Below, piece after piece: positions 1 through 5,011 of a DNA stretch of 5,885 bases (its first letter is position 1; every line of letters begins with the position of its first letter). Made by a program: the position numbers and the translations under genes. A model generated the notes under the pieces. That model did not search any database and was not told where the DNA came from. It was given only the letters and a program-made list of their open reading frames with translations. The DNA comes from an uncultured Gammaproteobacteria bacterium (GTDB lineage Bacteria > Patescibacteriota > Patescibacteriia > UBA2591 > UBA6264): NCBI GenBank assembly GCA_964617525.1, contig CAZTWG010000042.1, positions 1 through 5,885 of the forward strand, written 5' to 3'.

Positions 1-1093
1 ATCACAACCAGATATTACAAAAAAAGAAAGAGATGCTGTTTTGGATGTTTTAAAAACTCCGAATTTAGCTTTGGGACCTAAATTAAAAGAATTTGAGCAA
101 AATATGGCTAAATTTGCTGGTCGTAAATATGCTATTGCTACAAATTCTGGAACTTCTGGGCTTCATTTAGCTATTAAGGCTTTGGGAATAAAAAATGGGG
201 ATGAAGTTATTACTTCTCCTTTTTCTTTTATCTCCTCTGCTAATTGCACTTTATTTGAGGGAGCTAAACCAGTTTTTGTAGATATTGACCCAGATACATT
301 AAATATTGACCCATTAAAAATTGAAAAAGCTATCACAAAAAAAACAAAAGCGATGGTGATTGTTGATATTTTTGGACATCCAGTTGACTGGGACCCTATT
401 TTAAAAATTGCTAAAAAACATAAATTAAAAATTATTGAAGATAGTTGCGAAGCAATCGGAGCAGAATACAAAGGAAAGAGGTGCGGAAGTTTTGGAGATA
501 TATCTACTTTTGCCTTTTATCCGAACAAACAAATGACTACAGGAGAAGGAGGAATGATACTGACTGATAATGAGAAAATAGCTAATCATTGTAGAGCCTT
601 ATCAAACCAAGGGAGAAAAGTAGAAAACGGGAAATGGCTTAATCATAGTTATTTGGGATATAATTATAGAATGAGTGATATAAATGCTTCTTTGGGGATT
701 GCTCAGCTATCCAGAATTAAAGAAATTTTGAGAAAAAGAGAAAGAGTGGCAAAATTATATAACAAAAAATTGAAAGACATAAAAGATGTCACCCTCCCTT
801 ATGTTGCTCCTTATACAAGGATGTCTTGGTTTGTTTATGTTATACAAGTCGCGGGAACAAAAAAATATCGTGATGACATTATGAATAAATTAAGAAAACA
901 AGGAGTTAGTTGTAGTGATTATTTTCAATGCATCCATTTACAACCCTTGTACAAAAAAATGTTTGGATATAAGCGAGGAGATTTCCCTATTGCAGAAAAA
1001 ATATCCGACAAAACCATTGCTCTCCCCTTCTACAACAATTTAACTGAAAAACAAATTGATTATGTTGTCAAAAAATTAGAGGAATGTCTTTGA
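1..1093 (+). CDS. DegT/DnrJ/EryC1/StrS-family PLP-dependent nucleotide-sugar aminotransferase (PglE/WecE-like); 5' end runs off the window
   Basis: The frame starting at base 2 is open from the window edge (SQPDITKKERDAVLDVLKTPNLALGPKLKEFE...). The M at 41 in the ORF track is a TTG codon inside the conserved N-terminal PDIT..E..AV..VL..G.L.LGP segment, so the true start is upstream. Family motifs: ATNSGTSGLHLA, IIEDSCEAIGA, and FAFYPNKQMTTGEGG (PLP-lysine context). Stop TGA at 1091-1093, at a family-typical length. Confidence 0.9.
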   Translation, partial: SQPDITKKERDAVLDVLKTPNLALGPKLKEFEQNMAKFAGRKYAIATNSGTSGLHLAIKALGIKNGDEVITSPFSFISSANCTLFEGAKPVFVDIDPDTLNIDPLKIEKAITKKTKAMVIVDIFGHPVDWDPILKIAKKHKLKIIEDSCEAIGAEYKGKRCGSFGDISTFAFYPNKQMTTGEGGMILTDNEKIANHCRALSNQGRKVENGKWLNHSYLGYNYRMSDINASLGIAQLSRIKEILRKRERVAKLYNKKLKDIKDVTLPYVAPYTRMSWFVYVIQVAGTKKYRDDIMNKLRKQGVSCSDYFQCIHLQPLYKKMFGYKRGDFPIAEKISDKTIALPFYNNLTEKQIDYVVKKLEECL

Positions 1094-1097
1094 TTGC

Positions 1098-1121
1098 TTG
1101 ATGTTGATTTTATTGATGTTG
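1098..1121. repeat. Two copies of the 9-mer TTGATGTTG (1098-1106, 1113-1121); a third at 1260-1268 and a related ATGTTGAC at 1233-1240
   Basis: Exact 9-mer matches read directly from the sequence, all within the 1094-1429 spacer. Function unknown (iteron-like or repeated -35-like TTGA boxes). Confidence 0.5.
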
Positions 1122-1149
1122 CCAAAATTGGCAACGGAGTTGAGAAAAA

Positions 1150-1180
1150 GGGGCATCGTCCTAACGGTCGATGCCCCTTT
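1150..1180 (+). terminator. Stem-loop after the aminotransferase gene; possible intrinsic terminator
   Basis: GGGGCATCG (1150-1158) pairs perfectly with CGATGCCCC (1169-1177) across a 10-nt loop and is followed by TTT. It starts about 56 nt after the TGA stop. The T-tract is short, so real terminator activity is uncertain. Confidence 0.45.
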
Positions 1181-1300
1181 AATCCTCTATATTATAAAGA
1201 TCTATATCTAATAATCAATAGAGAAATAGAAAATGTTGACCCCAGAGAAAGGAAAGTAATTGATGTTGACGACTGATATTTTACAATTTTTATTAATGCA

Positions 1301-1337
1301 GACCCCAGAGGAGCGCGTTCCGCCCACCACTGGGGTC
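1301..1337 (+). other. GC-rich stem-loop in the spacer (candidate structured RNA element)
   Basis: GACCCCAG (1301-1308) pairs perfectly with CTGGGGTC (1330-1337). The 21-nt loop may form a small nested helix (GGAG 1310-1313 with TTCC 1318-1321, one G-U). Its G+C content is strikingly high against the AT-rich background. Confidence 0.45.
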
Positions 1338-1349
1338 TTACGCCCCTCA

Positions 1350-1367
1350 TTAACGACTGACGTTTTA
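1350..1367. repeat. Copy A of the exact 18-nt repeat TTAACGACTGACGTTTTA (copy B at 5807-5824)
   Basis: Exact 18/18 match in the same orientation. Similarity extends 5' (CCTC at 1345-1348 and 5802-5805). The core AACGACTGACGTT (1352-1364) is an imperfect dyad. Confidence 0.9.
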
Positions 1368-1373
1368 TCGAGA

Positions 1374-1401
1374 TTGACCTTTTGAGTAAATAAACTAAAA
1401 T
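1374..1401 (+). promoter_or_regulatory. Candidate sigma70-type promoter for the dehydratase gene
   Basis: TTGACC (1374-1379), 16-nt spacer, TAAAAT (1396-1401), about 28 nt upstream of ATG 1430. -10-like hexamers are common in AT-rich DNA, so this is tentative. Confidence 0.35.
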
Positions 1402-1429
1402 AATAAGAGGTATTTAATTTATAATTTTT

Positions 1430-3286
1430 ATGTCTTTGGGTAATAAAATATTTCACAGAACTACATTCAAGAGAACTATATTCTTTTTGTTATGCGATAT
1501 TATTTTAATAGCCCTGTCTTGTTTTCTGGGTTTTTTGCTTCGCTTTGATGGGAACATTAACCCTCAATATTTTTCAATGATAAGAGCCTTTATTGTATTG
1601 GCTATTCCTTTGACTATAATGTTCTTTGCGTTGGAAAGATTATATTCAATATCATGGTCTTTTATTAGTATTAGAGAGATTATAAAACTAGGAAGAGCTA
1701 TTGTGTTAAGTTTTGCTTCTTTGGGAGCAATTCTTTTTGTTCTTAAAGATTATAGTCTATTCCAAGGATTCCCCCGCTCTATTATTTTTGTCTCCGCTTC
1801 TATCGCCTTTCTTACTACTGGCGCATTGCGATTTTCCAAAAGAATATATATTCACGGAATTAAAAATAACAAAAACAATAATAAGAATATTTCAAAAAGA
1901 AACATTTTAATTATCGGAGCAGGAGAAGCTGGAGAAAAAATAGCTCGTCATATTATTGCTGCCGAGAAAACACCATATTCATTGATTGGATTTGTTGACG
2001 ATAACCCAATGAAGCAAGGGATATTAATACATGGGATTAAGGTTCTGGGAAAGATTAAAGAACTTCCTGAAATTATCAGCAAAAAAGAAATTAAAGAGAT
2101 TATTATTGCCATGCCCTCTGCTCTGCCAAGAGTTATAAGGGAAACAGTAGAATTAGCTAGAAAGGCAAATATTGAAAAAATAAAAATTCTACCGGGGACA
2201 AAGGAGATATTAGAAGAAAAAGTAAGTTTGAGCAATCTAAGAGAAATTTCTATTGAGGATCTATTAGGAAGAGACCCGATTGAGATAGATACTCATGCCA
2301 TTAAGAAATATATTACAGATAAAGTCGTTTTAGTCACTGGCGCAGCTGGGTCTATTGGCTCTGTCCTTTGTGAACAAATTTTAAAATTTAAACCAAAAAA
2401 ACTCATTGCTTTAGACCAGAGAGAAACTGCTCTTTTTTATTTAAAAAAAGATTTAAATAAGTTGTGGAAAAATTCATCTTTAGCAGAGAACCCGTTAGAT
2501 TTTGTTCTTGTTGACATTTGCGACAAAAACAAGATAGATAAAATATTTAATAAATTTCATCCTAATGTTGTTTTCCACGCTGCGGCTTATAAGCACGTGC
2601 CAATGATGGAAGATGACCCAGATGAAGCAGTAAAAAATAATATTTTTGGAACACTAAATGTTGGGCAAACAGCCTTAAAATATAATACTGAAAAATTCGT
2701 AATGGTTTCAACTGATAAAGCTATAAATCCTACCTCTATAATGGGAGCTAGCAAAAGAATGTGTGAGAAGGTCTGCGTTTGGTTAAATCAACAAAATCGC
2801 ACTCATTTCTGCGCAGTAAGATTCGGTAATGTCCTTGGAAGTCAAGGAAGCGTAGTCCCTATATTTCAAAAACAGATTGAAAAGGGCGGGCCAGTAGAAG
2901 TGACAGATCCAGAAATGAAAAGATATTTTATGATTATTAGCGAAGCCTGCCTGCTTATAATGCAAGCTGGTGCTATTGGCCAAGGTGGAGAGGTTTTTGT
3001 ATTAGATATGGGTCAACCAATAAAAATATTGGATTTAGCTAAAGATATGATACGTTTAGCTGGACATAAACCAGATATTGATATTCCTATTATTTTCACT
3101 GGCATTAGGCCAGGAGAAAAACTATTTGAGGAGATTATAACTGAAAATGAGTCCCCTACTAAACACGAAAAGATATTTATTTCTCATTTGAATAATAATG
3201 GGGATGATATAGAAAAAATATTAAAAGAATTTGAAAAAGCTTTATTAGATATGGATAGAGAAAGAATAAAAGAGTTGCTAATTTAA
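1430..3286 (+). CDS. pglF: Membrane-anchored polysaccharide biosynthesis protein of the CapD/PglF/WbpM family (UDP-N-acetylglucosamine 4,6-dehydratase type, extended SDR)
   Basis: 618 aa. The N-terminal hydrophobic segments (FFLLCDIILIALSCFLGFLLRF...) are typical of the family. First Rossmann motif IIGAGEAGEKIA; SDR domain VLVTGAAGSIGS; HAAAYKHVPMME; VSTDKAINPTSIMGASKR (Thr-Asp-Lys catalytic context); FGNVLGSQGSV. The symbol is assigned by family resemblance only; capD or wbpM would be equally defensible. Confidence 0.92.
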   Translation: MSLGNKIFHRTTFKRTIFFLLCDIILIALSCFLGFLLRFDGNINPQYFSMIRAFIVLAIPLTIMFFALERLYSISWSFISIREIIKLGRAIVLSFASLGAILFVLKDYSLFQGFPRSIIFVSASIAFLTTGALRFSKRIYIHGIKNNKNNNKNISKRNILIIGAGEAGEKIARHIIAAEKTPYSLIGFVDDNPMKQGILIHGIKVLGKIKELPEIISKKEIKEIIIAMPSALPRVIRETVELARKANIEKIKILPGTKEILEEKVSLSNLREISIEDLLGRDPIEIDTHAIKKYITDKVVLVTGAAGSIGSVLCEQILKFKPKKLIALDQRETALFYLKKDLNKLWKNSSLAENPLDFVLVDICDKNKIDKIFNKFHPNVVFHAAAYKHVPMMEDDPDEAVKNNIFGTLNVGQTALKYNTEKFVMVSTDKAINPTSIMGASKRMCEKVCVWLNQQNRTHFCAVRFGNVLGSQGSVVPIFQKQIEKGGPVEVTDPEMKRYFMIISEACLLIMQAGAIGQGGEVFVLDMGQPIKILDLAKDMIRLAGHKPDIDIPIIFTGIRPGEKLFEEIITENESPTKHEKIFISHLNNNGDDIEKILKEFEKALLDMDRERIKELLI

Positions 3287-3303
3287 AAAAATAATATAAG
3301 AAT

Positions 3304-3372
3304 ATGAGCAAAGATATAATCAACATAAATGTAGTACAAAAAACAATCAATAAAGAGAAAAAAGATTTGTGA
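3304..3372 (+). other. 22-codon ORF (MSKDIININVVQKTINKEKKDL). Either the frameshifted N-terminus of the AntA-like gene or a coupled leader peptide.
   Basis: ATG 3304 lies 17 nt after the dehydratase stop. The ORF ends at TGA 3370-3372, which overlaps the GTG at 3369-3371 (GTGA). An A6 run (3358-3363) sits just before the frame change. Adding one A would fuse it in frame, giving ...KEKKRFVNARELH... Confidence 0.45.
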
Positions 3373-4076
3373 ATGCCAGAGAATTGCACAGACGACTAAA
3401 AGTAGGCAGACGATTCGCAGATTGGATTAAAGATAGGATAGGAAAATACGATTTTATTAAAAACATTGATTATTTCAAGGTACTTCCACGCAAAGAGCCA
3501 AAACAAGCCAAAAATTTTGATTTCACAATTTTGAGAAATCAAAAATCCAAACGAGGTGGAGACGTGAGAAGTATAGACTATATCTTAACAATAGATATGG
3601 CGAAAGAAATAGCAATGCTTGAGAATAACGAAATAGGTAAAAGAGTAAGAAAATATTTTATAAGAACAGAGGAAAATTTTAAACAAGTCATGCGAGTAGC
3701 ATTAGAAAACCCAAAATTCGTAAACCAGCTCTCTGAAGACTTTCAAGAGACAAGAGAAGAAACAAAAGATTACAGAAAAGATTTTACAGATAGTATAAAA
3801 AAATATATATCAGATAAATATTACGGAACTTATACAGATATGCTCTATCAGTTCTTGTTTGAAGAAAGAGCGAAAGAATATAGAAAATTATTAAATTTAG
3901 CGAAAAAAGATTTGACGAGAAACACAATGTACGAAGAAATTTTATTTGTTATAGGTAGTTTTGAAACAGGGTTAGCTGGAGAACTTGAAAAAGAATATAA
4001 AAAGAAGAAAAAAATTTTAAACAATTTTCTTCAACACGAAACTGGGATGTCTATAAAAAAAGAGTTAAAAGAATAA
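3369..4076 (+). CDS. AntA/AntB-domain phage antirepressor-like protein with an unassigned C-terminal domain
   Basis: NARELHRRLKVGRRFADWIKDRIGKYDF...IDYILTIDMAKEIAMLENNEIGKRVRKYFI matches my recollection of the AntA domain core (ARELH..L.V...F..WIK.RI ... DY.LT.DMAKE.AM.E....G...R.YFI). I cannot assign the C-terminal ~130 aa to a family by eye. The start is uncertain: GTG 3369, or 3304 with a frameshift. Confidence 0.8.
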   Translation: MNARELHRRLKVGRRFADWIKDRIGKYDFIKNIDYFKVLPRKEPKQAKNFDFTILRNQKSKRGGDVRSIDYILTIDMAKEIAMLENNEIGKRVRKYFIRTEENFKQVMRVALENPKFVNQLSEDFQETREETKDYRKDFTDSIKKYISDKYYGTYTDMLYQFLFEERAKEYRKLLNLAKKDLTRNTMYEEILFVIGSFETGLAGELEKEYKKKKKILNNFLQHETGMSIKKELKE

Positions 4077-4201
4077 TGGCAACATACGACCAAGAGTTAA
4101 GAAACATTAAACATCCAAAATTAATAGACTTCAAAAAAGAGTTTACTAACGAAGATATTAAAAAACTCTTAGGGCAAAAAATGCCTAAACAGCTAACATA
4201 A
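4076..4201 (+). CDS. Small hypothetical ORF, 41 aa (MATYDQELRNIKHPKLIDFKKEFTNEDIKKLLGQKMPKQLT)
   Basis: Its ATG overlaps the upstream TAA stop (TAATG, 1-nt overlap), which suggests translational coupling. The intrinsic terminator lies downstream of it, not between the two ORFs. I recognise no family. It is below the length cutoff of the supplied ORF track. Confidence 0.35.
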   Translation: MATYDQELRNIKHPKLIDFKKEFTNEDIKKLLGQKMPKQLT

Positions 4202-4203
4202 AA

Positions 4204-4237
4204 AAAGGGGGTATCAACCGTTAGAACGATGGCTCTT
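4204..4237 (-). repeat. Inverted, decayed copy of the 1147-1180 hairpin element
   Basis: The reverse complement of 4213-4231 (CATCGTTCTAACGGTTGAT) matches 1154-1172 (CATCGTCCTAACGGTCGAT) at 17/19. With flanks the match is about 27/33. On the - strand it is followed by T6, but only about 5 Watson-Crick pairs plus 1 G-U of the 9 stem pairs survive. Confidence 0.6.
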
Positions 4238-4240
4238 TAA

Positions 4241-4262
4241 TTTTATGATATCAAGACGTTTC
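4241..4262. repeat. Module related to 5761-5787 (TTTTAWGATRTCAA...GACGTTTC)
   Basis: 4241-4254 against 5761-5774 matches at 12/14. Then GACGTTTC is 8/8 (4255-4262 against 5780-5787) once a 5-nt CGTCA indel is allowed. This copy therefore keeps only one half of the palindrome. Confidence 0.55.
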
Positions 4263-4266
4263 GCTT

Positions 4267-4294
4267 GCGCGGGTTGAACCCGCGTATTTTGTTT
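4267..4294 (+). terminator. Rho-independent terminator ending the AntA-like / small-ORF unit
   Basis: CGCGGGT (4268-4274) pairs with ACCCGCG (4278-4284) across a 3-nt loop, with an optional G4267-U4285 wobble, and is followed by TATTTTGTTT. There is no T-tract in the - strand reading, so it is + oriented. Confidence 0.75.
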
Positions 4295-4320
4295 GACAAA
4301 AGTTTTTAGTGTTATATAGT
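4293..4320 (+). promoter_or_regulatory. Sigma70-type promoter for the abiE operon
   Basis: Consensus -35 TTGACA (4293-4298), 16-nt spacer, -10 TATAGT (4315-4320), about 46 nt upstream of ATG 4367. It lies immediately after the terminator. Confidence 0.6.
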
Positions 4321-4366
4321 ATAAATAACCATTTCACTTATTTTATAATAAACTAAAAAAACTGAA

Positions 4367-5011
4367 ATGAAAAAAGAAAGAAAACAAAAAATATTAAGCT
4401 GTTTTAAGGTGGAAGAAAAATTATTAGAAAGAGGTATTTTAATATTCTCTCCCTTAGAATTTAGACAAATTTTTAATGTATCGCGGGATAGCGCTACTTT
4501 TTTTATAAACTATAATCTAAAAAAAGGATTTTTTGTTAAATTAAAAAATGGCTTTTATTCTCTTAAACACCACTTCCCTTCTGAATTTGAAATTGCCAAC
4601 AGAATCTATTCGCCGTCTTATGTTTCGTTGGAATATGCAATGATGTATCATCATATCATCCCAGAAACAGTTTATTCAGTGACCTCGGTTACAACAAAAA
4701 TAACTCGCGAATTTGTTGTTAATAATGTATCTTATTCATATAATAAAATCAAAAAAGTAGCTTTTACTGGTTACATAAAACAAAAACTAAATAAGAATAT
4801 CGTCTTGATAGCTGAACGGGAAAAAGCATTTATTGACTACCTTTATTTTGTTTCTCTCGGCAAAAAAGCTATCTATGACCGCATAAATGTTAGTGATTTA
4901 AAAAAGAAAAAGTTGCTTTATTATGCTGAACTTTTTGAGAAAAATTCATTAATAAAATTATTAAACGATACTTATGATAAAAGCAGAAGAAATAAAGAGA
5001 TTATCTATTAG
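4367..5011 (+). CDS. abiEi: AbiEi-family type IV toxin-antitoxin system antitoxin / transcriptional regulator
   Basis: 214 aa. The N-terminal winged-helix-like segment (FSPLEFRQIFNVSRDSATFFINYNLKKGFFVKLKNGFYSL) and the central SYVSLEYAMMYHHIIPETVYSVTSVTTKITREF match the AbiEi pattern I recall (SYISLESAL.YYGLIPE.V..ITSVT). It sits directly upstream of, and overlaps, an AbiEii gene. Confidence 0.85.
   Translation: MKKERKQKILSCFKVEEKLLERGILIFSPLEFRQIFNVSRDSATFFINYNLKKGFFVKLKNGFYSLKHHFPSEFEIANRIYSPSYVSLEYAMMYHHIIPETVYSVTSVTTKITREFVVNNVSYSYNKIKKVAFTGYIKQKLNKNIVLIAEREKAFIDYLYFVSLGKKAIYDRINVSDLKKKKLLYYAELFEKNSLIKLLNDTYDKSRRNKEIIY

Larger units (their letters stand above)
1232..1367 (+). repeat. Degenerate tandem duplication: unit 1 at 1232-1283, unit 2 at 1295-1367
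   Basis: 5' modules AATGTTGACCCCAGAG (1232-1247) and AATGCAGACCCCAGAG (1295-1310) match at 14/16. 3' modules GACGACTGATATTTTA (1268-1283) and AACGACTGACGTTTTA (1352-1367) match at 13/16. Unit 2 carries an extra GC-rich insert that completes a hairpin. Confidence 0.6.

Noticed and set aside
1128-1143. Sigma54-like TTGGCAACGGAGTTGA
   Set aside because: It has a TGGCA element but lacks the conserved GC of the -12 box at the correct spacing.
1094-1276. 60-aa ORF from the track (MLDVDFIDVAKIG...)
   Set aside because: It starts at a TTG immediately after the aminotransferase stop and has no ATG. It runs through a perfect 9-bp GC hairpin. Its DVD/IDV repeats are simply the translation of the TTGATGTTG DNA repeats. 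I recognise no family. It is better treated as non-coding spacer or a possible gene remnant (see the finding on the stop-free frame).
1274-1337. SECIS-like arrangement (TGA 1274-1276 followed about 25 nt later by the 1301-1337 hairpin)
   Set aside because: There is no credible selenoprotein reading frame around it, and the upstream ORF is itself doubtful. The geometry alone is not sufficient.
1098-1367. Possibility that the short spacer repeats form a degenerate CRISPR array
   Set aside because: The repeats are 9-18 nt, irregularly spaced and of several different sequences. There is no repeat-spacer periodicity and there are no cas genes.
1208-1456. 82-aa minus-strand ORF across the spacer
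   Set aside because: It has no recognisable motifs, overlaps the start of the dehydratase gene, and spans the hairpins. It is the only minus-strand candidate in a uniformly + oriented window.
163-3389. Antisense or off-frame ORFs from the track (163-471 -, 1713-1910 +, 1948-2235 -, 2783-2983 -, 3177-3389 -)
   Set aside because: All lie inside, or largely overlap, well-supported + strand genes with clear family motifs. Their translations are low-complexity, F/I/L-rich shadow products typical of AT-rich DNA.
4004-4032. 8-bp hairpin GAAGAAAA / TTTTCTTC near the 3' end of the AntA-like CDS
   Set aside because: It is almost entirely A-T pairs within a lysine-rich (AAA/AAG) coding stretch, so it is likely a by-product of composition. 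No T-tract or other signal supports a function.
4267-4285. tRNA T-arm-like GCGGGTTGAACCCGC
   Set aside because: The loop is only 3-5 nt rather than the 7-nt TTCRANY loop, and no acceptor, D or anticodon arms can be built around it. It fits an intrinsic terminator followed by a T-tract.
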